Of a stretch of DNA of 64,000 bases, positions 40,680 through 50,943 are shown one piece after another. The notes beneath the pieces are model-generated. The model saw only the letters and a program-made list of their open reading frames with translations, did no database searches and had not been told where the DNA came from. The stretch is from Saprospiraceae bacterium UBA2329 (GTDB lineage Bacteria > Bacteroidota > Bacteroidia > Chitinophagales > Saprospiraceae). Both the position numbers and the translations under genes were made by a program. The DNA is taken from the NCBI GenBank assembly GCA_002344975.1, contig DDUV01000057.1:1-64000 (forward strand). Direction: 5' to 3'. The stretch's first letter is position 1. Each line of letters begins with the position of its first letter.

Positions 40680-41212
40680 ACATAAATGAAAGCCGGAGGG
40701 ATGTTGAGCAATTCAAACCGAACGCCCACTTTGCCGAAATGCCGGCGCAGCAAACCATAATCTGTGAGGGAATACTGAAACTGTACAAACAAGCCGCCGG
40801 GTTTCAACGATTCGGCAGCGGCGCGGAGGATGCGATTCTTTTCTGCTTTGGGAATAAAGGCCAGCGGCAGCGCAGAGATGACGGCGTCCACCGAATCGGG
40901 CTGCACCCATTGCAAAAGATCGGCGGCATTTTGGTTCAGGCATTGCACACGGGCATCCTGAATACGGGCCAAACCGGCGAAAAAAACATCGTTCAGTTCA
41001 AATACCAATAATTGGCTCTCCGGCGACATGTGCCGGATGATGGCATCGGTGATGCGGCCGTCGCCGGCGCCCATTTCCACGATGCTGCGGGCCGAGCTGA
41101 ATGGCACGGGTTCCAGCATTTCTTCAATGAGATGAGGCGAACTGCCCGCTATGGCTCCAATGGTTTTGAAGTCTTTGATAGCAGTTTTTAAAAAACCAGA
41201 TTTGGCAGCCAT
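40667..41212 (-). CDS. Class I SAM-dependent methyltransferase
   Basis: Motif I VEMGAGDGRITDAI…; motif post-I LLVFELNDVF. Confidence 0.6.
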   Translation of the reverse strand: MAAKSGFLKTAIKDFKTIGAIAGSSPHLIEEMLEPVPFSSARSIVEMGAGDGRITDAIIRHMSPESQLLVFELNDVFFAGLARIQDARVQCLNQNAADLLQWVQPDSVDAVISALPLAFIPKAEKNRILRAAAESLKPGGLFVQFQYSLTDYGLLRRHFGKVGVRFELLNIPPAFIYVCTK

Positions 41213-41243
41213 GTTTTAGATGATTGGTGATTTAAAGGCAACT

Positions 41244-41938
41244 TTACTCCCCGGCCCAACGAAAACAGAGATATTTGATGGTTTTCCCATCTGCTAAGTG
41301 CATGTTTTCGTAGTACGTTTTCAGCGCCAGTTCGGGCAGCGGCAGATCGCCGGCGTAAATATCGCTGTTTTGTGCCAAAATCTGTATTTCCGGCACCGCC
41401 TCCAGGGTTTCGAGCGAAAACTCGTACAACTCCGGCGAGTCGGTTTTGAGATGCACTTTGCCGCCTGAAGGCAAGAGGCGTTGGTATGTTTCTAAAAATT
41501 TCGGACTCGTGAGGCGTCGGTTGGACTTGCTGTTGCGCAAAAACGGATCGGGGAAGGTGATCCAGATTTCAGCAATTTCGCCGGCTTGGAAAAACTGTTC
41601 CAACAGTTCGATGCGGGTGCGCAGGAAGGCGGCATTGGGCAGCCCCTCCTCCAGCGCGATGTGTGCGCCTTTCCAGATGCGCGCGCCTTTGATGTCCACG
41701 CCGATGAAGTTTCTGTCGGGATACATGCGCGCCAGTCCCAGCGTGTATTCGCCGCGCCCGCAGGCCAATTCCAATGTGATGGGATTGTTGTTTCCAAAAT
41801 GCCCTTCGGCCCAGCGGCCGGCCATTTCCACTTCTTTGCCGGCGGTGTGCAGTACGGGCCGCCCCACGTCGAAATTTTCATATACGTTGGGAAACGCTGC
41901 CATTTCGGCAAACTTCATCAATTTGTTTCTTTTGCTCA
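41244..41938 (-). CDS. trmB: tRNA (guanine46-N7)-methyltransferase TrmB
   Basis: …ELACGRGEYTLGLARMYPDRNFIGVDIKG…WITFPDPFLR…KVHLKTD… Start placed at the internal ATG (MSKRNKLMKF…). Confidence 0.85.
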
Positions 41939-42273
41939 TAAGAGTGTGCTGATGCGGCAGTCGAGTAGCCGCCATTTTTCAGGGGTGCAAGTTAGGGAAA
42001 AAGTAGATTTTGGATTGGATGCCTGTGATTTTCGCATGTCAGGCCAATAGAGTCGGCTTGTTTTTTGACGCTAATTTTTTATGGTTTTTATGATTTTCGC
42101 TGCTCGGAGAGGGCGTCGCGAGCGGGTTTTACATTTATCACTTGATATTTTTCGGTTGGGCGGTTTCCTTCCACTCTTCTGTATAGTCCGCTAAAGGTAG
42201 AACCGGGCGGGGAAAATTTGACAAATCTCGAAGATTTGTCAAATTGGACACTGTCCGAAAACTGCGCCTCACT

Positions 42274-42855
42274 TTATTCTTTGGATGTGCTTGCAGTTTC
42301 CTTCCACTCTTCTGTAAAATGCCGGATGCTCTGGGGCTGTGCAAATTTCCCGGCATTGTACGCATCCGAGGCGCGCTTGGGAATGGAGAGCGAGGTCCAA
42401 TCGGAATCCTGCACCATTTTTCCAATAAAAACGATCTGACCGATGTGGTAGGGATAGTGCGCCAATTGCCGGCTGATGGCCTCCAGTACGGTATGGCCTT
42501 CGTTGCGGATGTAAACGACGGCGCCCAAATCGGCCTCCGACAAGCCGTTCAGAGCGGTGAACAGGCAGGCCCAGCCTTCGTTCCAGCGGGCCAGAATTTC
42601 ATCGCGGGAGGCATGCTCCGATTCAAATTCGGCATCGCGTTGCCGCCATTCTTTTTCGCCATCGGTGGTGAGGAAGTCCGTCCAACGTGACAACATATTG
42701 CCCCACAAGTGTTTGACAATCACAGCAATGCTGTTGCTCTCCGGCGTGGGCTGGAACAGCAGTGCCTCGTCGGGCAATTGGGCCATAGCCCTTTCGCCGA
42801 TGAGCTTGTAGTACTCGAATTGTTGGATGGCGGCGGGAAGGAATTGGGTGGGCAT
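42274..42855 (-). CDS. DinB/YfiT-like (DUF1572) four-helix-bundle protein
   Basis: …AVIVKHLWGNMLSRWTDFL…HYPYHIGQIVFIGKM… His-rich helical pattern. Confidence 0.5.
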   Translation of the reverse strand: MPTQFLPAAIQQFEYYKLIGERAMAQLPDEALLFQPTPESNSIAVIVKHLWGNMLSRWTDFLTTDGEKEWRQRDAEFESEHASRDEILARWNEGWACLFTALNGLSEADLGAVVYIRNEGHTVLEAISRQLAHYPYHIGQIVFIGKMVQDSDWTSLSIPKRASDAYNAGKFAQPQSIRHFTEEWKETASTSKE

Positions 42856-42882
42856 TGGTCGGATCGTTGATTTATGAAACAG

Positions 42883-42917
42883 ATTTCGACGCCCACGGAT
42901 TATGCAGGCGTCGAAAT
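42883..42917. terminator. 11-bp perfect inverted repeat hairpin (ATTTCGACGCC…GGCGTCGAAAT) between two minus-strand genes
   Basis: Seen directly. Located 3' of the 42969-43397 gene on the minus strand; no clear T-run. Confidence 0.35.
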
Positions 42918-42968
42918 CAGGATTCTTGCAGAATAGCTAAGCACACGATGCACTTTGCTCTCGGCTTT

Positions 42969-43397
42969 TTACTTCTTCCCCTTCTTCATTTTCACCGGCT
43001 TCTTCCACGAAGCGATGGTGCCGCTGCTGTTCAGATCGAACACCAAATACAGTTTTTCCGGCTTGCTGAAGGAATGGCTCTCTTCGTGCATACAGTCAAT
43101 GCTGTAGTTGTTGGTCACGGTATGCTCTTCCCAGGTGCCTTCGTACTTGGCCCAGTTCATCACGCGGAGTTTGTGCGCACCTGTAGGCACATTTACGGTC
43201 AGGATACCTTTTTTGCTCTGCTTGTGCGGCATGGATTCTCCAACCGATTTTCCATCAATGACGACCTGCGTTTTGGTTTCGTGGTCATACCCGTCTTCGA
43301 TGTTGCGGAACTCGTAATACACCGTCAGTTGGGTGGTTTGGGCGTATCCGACTAAGCCGAACAACGCAAATACGGCAATGCTCAAAAATTTTTTCAT
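42969..43397 (-). CDS. Hypothetical secreted protein
   Basis: Signal peptide MKKFLSIAVFALFGLVGYAQT; 142 aa. Start moved to the internal ATG. Confidence 0.45.
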   Translation of the reverse strand: MKKFLSIAVFALFGLVGYAQTTQLTVYYEFRNIEDGYDHETKTQVVIDGKSVGESMPHKQSKKGILTVNVPTGAHKLRVMNWAKYEGTWEEHTVTNNYSIDCMHEESHSFSKPEKLYLVFDLNSSGTIASWKKPVKMKKGKK

Positions 43398-43606
43398 GGT
43401 AGTATTTGAGATTAAAATGTGAGTAATGGCGCAAAGGTAATTTTTTAGATTTAGCTGCAAGCCTCAAGCTGCGAACTACGATCGGCTGGTGGCTTGCAGC
43501 TAAGGGCTTGCGGCCAACAGCTTACCACATAACATAAGAATTATTTCCACCCGACAGGCAGCGGACAACCACATTCTGAGTATCTCTTAAACAAAATACA
43601 ATCACC

Positions 43607-46600
43607 ATGAATCAGTTCTCCCAAAAACGCCTGTGGGCCTGCCTCGTCTTTACACTTATGTTGGGAACCGCCCAAGCCCAGGTCAGCAATATTACATTTT
43701 TCATTCAAGGCCCGGAAGTTGTATGCCCCGGCACCTGCGACACCTTCAGGGTGGTGAGTTCCATGCCCAATCCAGGGGGTAGCAATGTAGTCGTTACCAA
43801 TGTGACCTGGACTGTTTCAAATGGGCTGACGGCACAGGGCAATCCAGCTTTGTTTTGTTTCGATATTCCTGGTGCGACTTATCTCCTTTTCGCGACGGGC
43901 CTGGCCAGCGTCAATGGGGCGCCCTTTACATTTCAAACCCAGCCATATACTGTGCAAGTTCTGGAAACCTGCGGATTCAACATCCCTTTCCAAATTACCT
44001 CCAACGCCTCCTCTCTGTGCGCCGCCAACCTGCCTCCGCAGCCGGTATCGCCGCCGCCCACAGGTTTTGCCTTGCTCCTCTCCGACATTAACGGAGCGGT
44101 ACCCGGCCAACAAATTTGCATGGACATTCAGGCGCAGAATTTTTTCAATATGTCCGGCATGTCTTTCAGTATGCAGTACGACCCTGCCCGCTTGCTGTTT
44201 GCTTCCATGACCAATGTCGGGCTGCCGGGAAGCACTCTGTTCGGGCTGCCCAGCCCGCCCAATTCAGGAACTACCGACCCCGGCGCCATCACCGTAAGCT
44301 GGTCGTCGCCCGATCAGTCCATCACACTCAACAACGGCACTGTTCTGTTTCGCCTTTGTTTTTTTGTGCTGCCCGGCAGTGGCTGTACCACCGATGTGGT
44401 GTTTACGAATGAGCCGGCGCCCATCAGAATATTAAGAGGCAGCGGTGAAATTGTGTCTTTCAATAGCCGTTCGGGCCGGGTACAAATCTCTAATAGTTCA
44501 ATGGGGAGCGATCCCAATTCAGCATCATGCTGCGAAAAAGTTTGCGAAGGCGCTGTAGTTCAATACAATGTGGACATACCTACGGGCGCCATCCATCCTG
44601 TAACCTGGTCCGTGCAGGGCGCTCAAAGCTACACCGTCAACAATTTCGGCTACGGCGTGGAGGTAGTGTGGGGCACCGCGGGATCGGGGTCGGTCACTGC
44701 AGCCGTTTATGACAATACTGCTCAAATTTGCGTTGACATTCTGGCCATTCCGGAGGCCGGTTTTACCACCAATCCGCCCACGGTGAACGACACGGTTCGT
44801 CTGTGCCGGGGGCAATCTCTGGCGTTTACCAACACGACCGTCGGAGCGGAAAGCCATCGCTGGGTGTTCGGCGACGGCACTTCGAGTACTGAGTTGAACC
44901 CCGTTCATCAGTTTGAAGACGCCGGGCTGTACCGCGTGGCGCTCATTGCCTACAATGCCTGCCTTTGCAGCGATACGGCCTTTGTGATGGTGCAGGTGGA
45001 CCCCGCCATCGCGCCGCAAGTCACCTGCCGGGGTACTGTTTGCGAAGGCACAGCCGTGACCTACACCACCGACGCCGATTGCGGCACTTTCATCTGGACG
45101 GTCAGCGCCAACGGAACCATCACCAACGGCGGCGGCCCCGCGGATCATTTCATCACCATTGATTGGGCGGGCGGCCAGGAAGGCATCATCACCTTGCAGG
45201 TTTCCAATTGCAACAATGCAACGTACTGCCCGGCGCCCAACGAACTGCATGTACCGGTCATCAGCGAAAGCGCACAGATCAGCGGGCCGGAGCAGGTGTG
45301 CCGGGCGCAATCAGCCAAATACAGCATCACCCGTTTTGAAGGTTCGGAATTCACCTGGTCGGTATCGGGCATGGGCAATATCCAAAGTGGGCAGGGCACG
45401 CACGAAGTAGTAGTGCAATGGTCGGGCCTGCTGAGCACACAGCCGCAGTGGGTGGCCGTGGAATATTACAATTGCTATTTGGAATGCGGCGGCCGGGATA
45501 CCATCATGGTGAACATACGCCCCGAATTTGCTGTCTCCGGCCCGGTGGAAGCCTGCCTGAACAGTACCCAAAATTATACCGCCCGACGCACCGACAACGG
45601 CGCCAACGTACCCTGTAACTGGGAGGCAGTAGCCGGCGACGGCTCTGTGGTCTGGACTTCCGTGGCCGCTACTGCTGCGCCGTCGCTCACCTGGAATTTC
45701 GGGCTGGGTTCGTATCGTTTGATCGCCCGGCCGGCGGTTCCGACGGATTTTTGTATCCCCTTGTATGAGATAACGGTCAGGGTACTCGATTTGCCGCCTG
45801 CATTGGCCATTATTAACGGAGAAAATGTGATTTGCCCCGGCCAGGCTTACCAATACAGCGGTGGCGGCGCATTGCCGGCTCATACGCTGAATTGGAGCCT
45901 TGCCGGCAATGTCGGACCGGCTACTCTCAGCGGCAATCCCGTGACGGTGCAATGGGCGGCTGCCGGGTCTTATACCTTGTCGGTCAGGCAGGTAAGTCCG
46001 CAGGGTTGCGTTTCGCCTCCGCTGGGTTTTGGCGCTTCCGTGTTGCCGGCCATTGCTGTTTCCGGCCCGACAGATGCCTGCGAGGATGAGCGTGCTACTT
46101 ACACAGCTACGTCCTTTCCGCAATTGGATTACCAATGGTCTGTGGTACCGGCCGGCGCGGGCAGCATTTATCAGGTGGGCAACAGTGCCTCGGTTGAGAT
46201 TCTGTGGCATCGGCCCGGTGCGGCAACGCTGCAACTCAACGTGTGCGGCCAAAACATTTCCCGGTCCGTGACGGTACACGCCCGCCCGGTTCCGATGGTC
46301 GCAGCGCCTGCATCGGTGTGCGAGGGCACAACGGCGATGGTGAGCGTGGGCGGCGCTTATGCTGCTTACGAGTGGCGCAACGCGACAGATCAGTTGGTTT
46401 CCAATGTGGCCGCAGCCAATCTCCCGGCGGGGTATTACCAACTCATCGTGACCGACAATTTCGGCTGCGCCGGCTCGGCCCGATTCAACATGTCGGAACT
46501 GCCCGCGCCGTATGTTTCGCTCACCACGCCCGACAATGCAGGTCTGTGCCCCGGCGATCCGCCTTCCACTTTGTACGCCACCGAATCGGAGGCCGGTTTT

Positions 46601-49600
46601 TCGTACGTCTGGCTCCGCGACGGCAGCCCGATAGCAGGCGCCAATGCCTCCACTTTTTCCACCGATGTGCTGGGCGTGTATCAGGTGGAGGCCACGAATG
46701 CGAACGGTTGCCGGGCATTGTCCAATCCGCTCACGCTCTTTTTCTACTGCGCTCCCGGCGGCGGTGGTGGATTCCCCGGCGGCGGATTTCCGGGCGGCGG
46801 TGGCGGCAATCCCTCCAATTGCGATCCCAACACGCTGATTCAATTCAATATACAGGCTACGGCCAACTGCAACGTTTCCAATTTTACCAACACCACGCCG
46901 GCCTTCATTCCCGGCACTTTGAGTTGGAATTTCGGCGATCCGGGTTCCGGGGCCGATAACGTCTCTACTCTGGAAAATCCGACGCACACCTTCAGTCGGG
47001 CAGGATTTTTCAGGGTGGCTTTGTTCGGACAGGTTTTGAATCCGACGCCTGAAAACTGTTACGCCATTCGCGTGGACACGGTGCCCGTAGCTGCCGGTTT
47101 TTATGCAGATATAGCCTGTGCCGGCGCGCCGGCTGCCTTTACCGACGCCTCCACGTTTCTGCCCGGAGAGAGCATCGCATCGCGGGCCTGGGACTTTGGC
47201 GATCCCGCTTCCGGGGCCGACAACAACAGCGCGGCCACGCATCCTACCCACGTTTTTGCCACGCCCGGCATTTACACCATCACCCTCACCGTGACGGCAG
47301 CCAATGGTTGCACGGCGGTCATTTCCAAAACCATAGAGGTGGTAGCTCCGCCGACGGCAGCTTTTCCCGATCCAAGCGTTTTGTGCGCCGCTACCGCCAC
47401 GCCGTTCATCGCCAATGTGAGTGCCGATGCAATAGAATTTGGCTGGAATTTCGGCGATCCCGCTTCCGGCGACGCTAATGCCTCCTCTTTGGAGCAGCCT
47501 TTCCATCGCTACGAAAACCCCGGCAGTTACTCCGTCCGACTCGAAGCGACCAATATTTACGGCTGCACCGCCGACACCTTGCGCAGCATTACCATCCTCC
47601 CCAATGGACTGAGCGGCAGCATCACCTTCACTTCTCCCATCTGCACCGGCGACAGCACCTTGCTCACGGCGCCTTCCGGTGGTGTGCGTTGGCAATGGAG
47701 TACCGGCGACACCACCTCTACGGTATGGGTACGCGACGCGGGCATTTACACCCTGCTGCTGACCAATGCCGACGGATGCGAGTACCAACCCGCCGCTGCC
47801 GTAGTGAACGTGCTGCCTCCGCCAGTGACGGCCATACGCGGCGTGCGCTACAATGCGCTGGGCCTGCCGGAAAGTTATACCTACGATTCACTTTCGGTCT
47901 GCGTCGGCGAGGATGTGTTTTTGGAAGTCATTGCCCAAACCGGACAGACTTATCAATGGAGCACCGGGCAGCCCGGCACGAACATCGAATTTTCTGAAAA
48001 CAGAGGCAACCAACTGCCTGTGGGTCAGCAAGATATTTTTGTGACGATCCGCGAAACAGCCACCAATTGTACCAATGTCATCGGGCCGTTCCGAATTTGG
48101 GTGCGCCCCCTGCCCAATGTGCCTTTGGTGAGCGCCTCACCCGCCGGCGTGGTGTGCGAAGGTACGCCCGTGAGTTTTAATATAACCAACTCGCAAGCCG
48201 GCGTGAATTACTCCTGGTCGTCGGGTGCCAATGGCAATACATGGACCACCGAACGCCCCGGCCAATACCGCGCCATAGCAACCAACGAATGGGGCTGCGC
48301 CAATGAAAGCGCGCCGCAAACCGTGCTGGCCGGCCCCGATATTGCACGCATTCCCTCCGGTTGCCACAGCCGCTGCAATCCCGATACTTTGTGCTTCCCC
48401 GCTGTGCCGGGCGTCAATGCTTACCAATGGTTTTTCAACGGCGCGGCGCAAGGGTCTGCATCGGGCAGCGTGCCGCAGATTGTCATTACCCAAAGCGGTG
48501 CCTACTACATGCGCATGACCACCACAGACGGCTGTGTTTTGGATTCCGAACCTCTGACGGTGGACCTGTTCGACGGCTACGGCAGTTTGCGGGGCATTGT
48601 TTATTGGGATAGAAACGACAACGGGAGCTACGACCCGGCCGATTCGCTGCTCACGGGCGTGCCGCTCATCTTGTTGTCGGGCAATACGCCGTTGGATACT
48701 GTGCTGTCGCAAACCGGCGGGCAATACGGGTTTGCCAATATCCTCTCCACCGGCTACGGTCTGCAATTAGATACCGCCGCCTTGCCTTTCGGTCTCGTGC
48801 CGGACACGGTGCGCATTGATACGGCATTGGTGGGCTGCGATGTGGAGGTGTTGGTCAATTGGCGTGTACGCTGCGTGAACACAACAGAGGAAGTGACGCT
48901 CCAGGCTTGTCCCGGCAGAACGGTGTCTTATAATGGAAATACGCTGACGGCAGGTGAGGTGCGCAGTTTCACGTTGGTCAATGCGGCAGGTTGCGATTCT
49001 ACAGTGACGGTGACGGTCAACACCCTGCCGACCGGTACGGGATCGGTAACGCTCCAGGCTTGTCCCGGCGGAACGGCGACGTACAATGGAAATACGCTGA
49101 CGGCAGGTGAGGTGCGCAGTTTCACGTTGGTCAATGCGGCGGGCTGTGATTCGACCGTGACGGTGACGGTCAATACCTTGCCTGCGAGTACGGGCACGGT
49201 GATGCTCCAGGCTTGTCCCGGCCAAACAGTGACTTACAACGGAACCACTCTGGGAGCAGGCGAGGTGCGCAGTTTCCAACTCGTCAATGCGGCGGGCTGC
49301 GATTCGACCGTGACGGTGACGGTCAATACCTTGCCTGCGAGTACGGGCACGGTGATGCTCCAGGCTTGTCCCGGCCAAACAGTGACTTACAACGGAACCA
49401 CGCTGACGGCGGGCGAGGTGCGCAGTTTCACGTTGGTCAATGCGGCAGGTTGTGATTCTACGGTGACGGTGACGGTGGTGGAATTCCCCGCTTTGCAAGT
49501 ACAGGCTACGGCAGTGGAGAGTTGCCCCAATCGCCCATCGGGGAGCATCACGGTTGCAGCCACGGGGCAAGGGCCGTTCAGCTATCGCATCAATGGCGGC

Positions 49601-50239
49601 GCGGCGCAGGCAGAGGCCCTTTTCGGGAATCTTGCTTCAGGAACGTACAATCTGCTGGTGCAGGATGGGAATGGTTGCAGTGCCGAATCGCGGGCTACGG
49701 TGACGGGTTTGGCAGCCTTGCAGGCGCAGGTTTTGAACGCCGAACTCTCCTGCGATGCCGATTCTGTGATGGTGGAAGCTGTCATTGCATCGGGCGACGA
49801 CGGGCAGGTGCAACTCCTGTGGGACGATGGCTCGACAGCGGCTCAACGCCTCATCACTCAGCCCGGCGACTACCGCCTGACCGTCATCAATTCCTGCGAT
49901 ACCCTGCGCCAAACGGTGCAGGTGCGCTACACCGAACGGCCAGATTTGACGCCGATATTTGTACCCAATGCCTTCAGTCCCAACGATGACGGCATCAACG
50001 ACTTGTTCCGGGCCTTCGCTTCTACGGAAGTGCGGGTACTCAGTTTCGACCTGATGGTAGCCGACCGCTGGGGCAATCTCATGTTCAGAACCCAAAATCC
50101 GGCAGAGGGCTGGAACGGGCAATTGCGCGAGCGCCAGATGGACCCGGCAGTGTTCGTGTGGCACCTCAAAGCTACCGTGCAGCACTGCGGCCAGATCATG
50201 GAACTGAATGAAATGGGCGATGTGACGCTGGTGCGGTAG
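43607..50239 (+). CDS. Giant (2210 aa) surface protein: PKD/Ig-like domains, Gly-rich linker, four tandem 51-aa repeats, T9SS type-B ('gliding motility-associated') C-terminal domain
   Basis: Signal peptide; PKD-like units (…NPVHQFEDAGLYRVALIAYNAC…, …HTFSRAGFFRVAL…, …THVFATPGIYTITLTVTAANGC…); a CAPGGGGGFPGGGFPGGGGGNP linker; 4x TLQACPG.TV.YNG.TL.AGEVRSF.LVNAAGCDSTVTVTVNTLP; C-terminus …FVPNAFSPNDDGINDLF… = type-B CTD. Confidence 0.75.
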   Translation: MNQFSQKRLWACLVFTLMLGTAQAQVSNITFFIQGPEVVCPGTCDTFRVVSSMPNPGGSNVVVTNVTWTVSNGLTAQGNPALFCFDIPGATYLLFATGLASVNGAPFTFQTQPYTVQVLETCGFNIPFQITSNASSLCAANLPPQPVSPPPTGFALLLSDINGAVPGQQICMDIQAQNFFNMSGMSFSMQYDPARLLFASMTNVGLPGSTLFGLPSPPNSGTTDPGAITVSWSSPDQSITLNNGTVLFRLCFFVLPGSGCTTDVVFTNEPAPIRILRGSGEIVSFNSRSGRVQISNSSMGSDPNSASCCEKVCEGAVVQYNVDIPTGAIHPVTWSVQGAQSYTVNNFGYGVEVVWGTAGSGSVTAAVYDNTAQICVDILAIPEAGFTTNPPTVNDTVRLCRGQSLAFTNTTVGAESHRWVFGDGTSSTELNPVHQFEDAGLYRVALIAYNACLCSDTAFVMVQVDPAIAPQVTCRGTVCEGTAVTYTTDADCGTFIWTVSANGTITNGGGPADHFITIDWAGGQEGIITLQVSNCNNATYCPAPNELHVPVISESAQISGPEQVCRAQSAKYSITRFEGSEFTWSVSGMGNIQSGQGTHEVVVQWSGLLSTQPQWVAVEYYNCYLECGGRDTIMVNIRPEFAVSGPVEACLNSTQNYTARRTDNGANVPCNWEAVAGDGSVVWTSVAATAAPSLTWNFGLGSYRLIARPAVPTDFCIPLYEITVRVLDLPPALAIINGENVICPGQAYQYSGGGALPAHTLNWSLAGNVGPATLSGNPVTVQWAAAGSYTLSVRQVSPQGCVSPPLGFGASVLPAIAVSGPTDACEDERATYTATSFPQLDYQWSVVPAGAGSIYQVGNSASVEILWHRPGAATLQLNVCGQNISRSVTVHARPVPMVAAPASVCEGTTAMVSVGGAYAAYEWRNATDQLVSNVAAANLPAGYYQLIVTDNFGCAGSARFNMSELPAPYVSLTTPDNAGLCPGDPPSTLYATESEAGFSYVWLRDGSPIAGANASTFSTDVLGVYQVEATNANGCRALSNPLTLFFYCAPGGGGGFPGGGFPGGGGGNPSNCDPNTLIQFNIQATANCNVSNFTNTTPAFIPGTLSWNFGDPGSGADNVSTLENPTHTFSRAGFFRVALFGQVLNPTPENCYAIRVDTVPVAAGFYADIACAGAPAAFTDASTFLPGESIASRAWDFGDPASGADNNSAATHPTHVFATPGIYTITLTVTAANGCTAVISKTIEVVAPPTAAFPDPSVLCAATATPFIANVSADAIEFGWNFGDPASGDANASSLEQPFHRYENPGSYSVRLEATNIYGCTADTLRSITILPNGLSGSITFTSPICTGDSTLLTAPSGGVRWQWSTGDTTSTVWVRDAGIYTLLLTNADGCEYQPAAAVVNVLPPPVTAIRGVRYNALGLPESYTYDSLSVCVGEDVFLEVIAQTGQTYQWSTGQPGTNIEFSENRGNQLPVGQQDIFVTIRETATNCTNVIGPFRIWVRPLPNVPLVSASPAGVVCEGTPVSFNITNSQAGVNYSWSSGANGNTWTTERPGQYRAIATNEWGCANESAPQTVLAGPDIARIPSGCHSRCNPDTLCFPAVPGVNAYQWFFNGAAQGSASGSVPQIVITQSGAYYMRMTTTDGCVLDSEPLTVDLFDGYGSLRGIVYWDRNDNGSYDPADSLLTGVPLILLSGNTPLDTVLSQTGGQYGFANILSTGYGLQLDTAALPFGLVPDTVRIDTALVGCDVEVLVNWRVRCVNTTEEVTLQACPGRTVSYNGNTLTAGEVRSFTLVNAAGCDSTVTVTVNTLPTGTGSVTLQACPGGTATYNGNTLTAGEVRSFTLVNAAGCDSTVTVTVNTLPASTGTVMLQACPGQTVTYNGTTLGAGEVRSFQLVNAAGCDSTVTVTVNTLPASTGTVMLQACPGQTVTYNGTTLTAGEVRSFTLVNAAGCDSTVTVTVVEFPALQVQATAVESCPNRPSGSITVAATGQGPFSYRINGGAAQAEALFGNLASGTYNLLVQDGNGCSAESRATVTGLAALQAQVLNAELSCDADSVMVEAVIASGDDGQVQLLWDDGSTAAQRLITQPGDYRLTVINSCDTLRQTVQVRYTERPDLTPIFVPNAFSPNDDGINDLFRAFASTEVRVLSFDLMVADRWGNLMFRTQNPAEGWNGQLRERQMDPAVFVWHLKATVQHCGQIMELNEMGDVTLVR
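48893..49500 (+). repeat. Four tandem about 153-bp in-frame repeats inside the 2210-aa gene (copies 3 and 4 essentially identical)
   Basis: Units start about 48903, 49055, 49206 and 49361, each beginning CCAGGCTTGTCCCGGC… and ending …CAATGCGGC(A/G)GG(C/T)TG(C/T)GATTC(G/T)AC(A/C)GTGACGGTGACGGT. The last two units share long identical runs. Confidence 0.8.
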
Positions 50240-50282
50240 GCGGAATTGCGATAAGGATGTGCCGACCGCACAAAACCGAGAA

Positions 50283-50747
50283 TCACCTCATTGGCTTGAG
50301 GGCAGAAATGCCTTCCACAACGCCTTCCGTCGTTTTGGTTTCTACAATCCTGACGGTCAGTCCTTGCGGAACAAACACAGAAAAGGCAACGCGCTCGGTG
50401 AGCAGCTTTTCGCCGATGCGTACGTTTTTGCGCAAGCCGGGCGCACTGATGGCAAATGCCTGGCCCTGATCTTCTCCTTTCAGATTGTAACGGCCACCGG
50501 AAATCAAGGTTTGGAGCATGCTTTCGTGTACATTGTCCAGACCGATTTGCATTTGTACCCGCACGGTGGCGGCGTCCCAATGCTGAATGGTTGCAGGATA
50601 ACCCAGATCAAGCGTCAACTCCTGCGCATCGCCTTTGTCGAAGGCCCGCACGAGCGTTTTCTGAACCGTCTGGGCAGGAAGCGCAGCGGCGCAAAGCATC
50701 AGTATGAGGGTGGGAATGTGTAGAGATGTTGTCCTCATAGGTTTCAA
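50283..50747 (-). CDS. Hypothetical secreted protein
   Basis: Signal peptide MKPMRTTSLHIPTLILMLCAAALPAQT; 154 aa. Confidence 0.4.
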   Translation of the reverse strand: MKPMRTTSLHIPTLILMLCAAALPAQTVQKTLVRAFDKGDAQELTLDLGYPATIQHWDAATVRVQMQIGLDNVHESMLQTLISGGRYNLKGEDQGQAFAISAPGLRKNVRIGEKLLTERVAFSVFVPQGLTVRIVETKTTEGVVEGISALKPMR

Positions 50748-50943
50748 AATTTAATAAATGAGCAAAAACCATCTGAAATCAATTCGGGCATAAGTTACAA
50801 CTTTTTTGGGGAAAAGTCAATTTTTATTTTGAAATATTGTCGGTAACTGTCGTTAATAACAAATTTTCATTTTTGGATCATCGCAAAAGCAGCAAATGTT
50901 GGTCGCAGCACGTTTTTCAAACTACCATAAACACTGCATTTCT

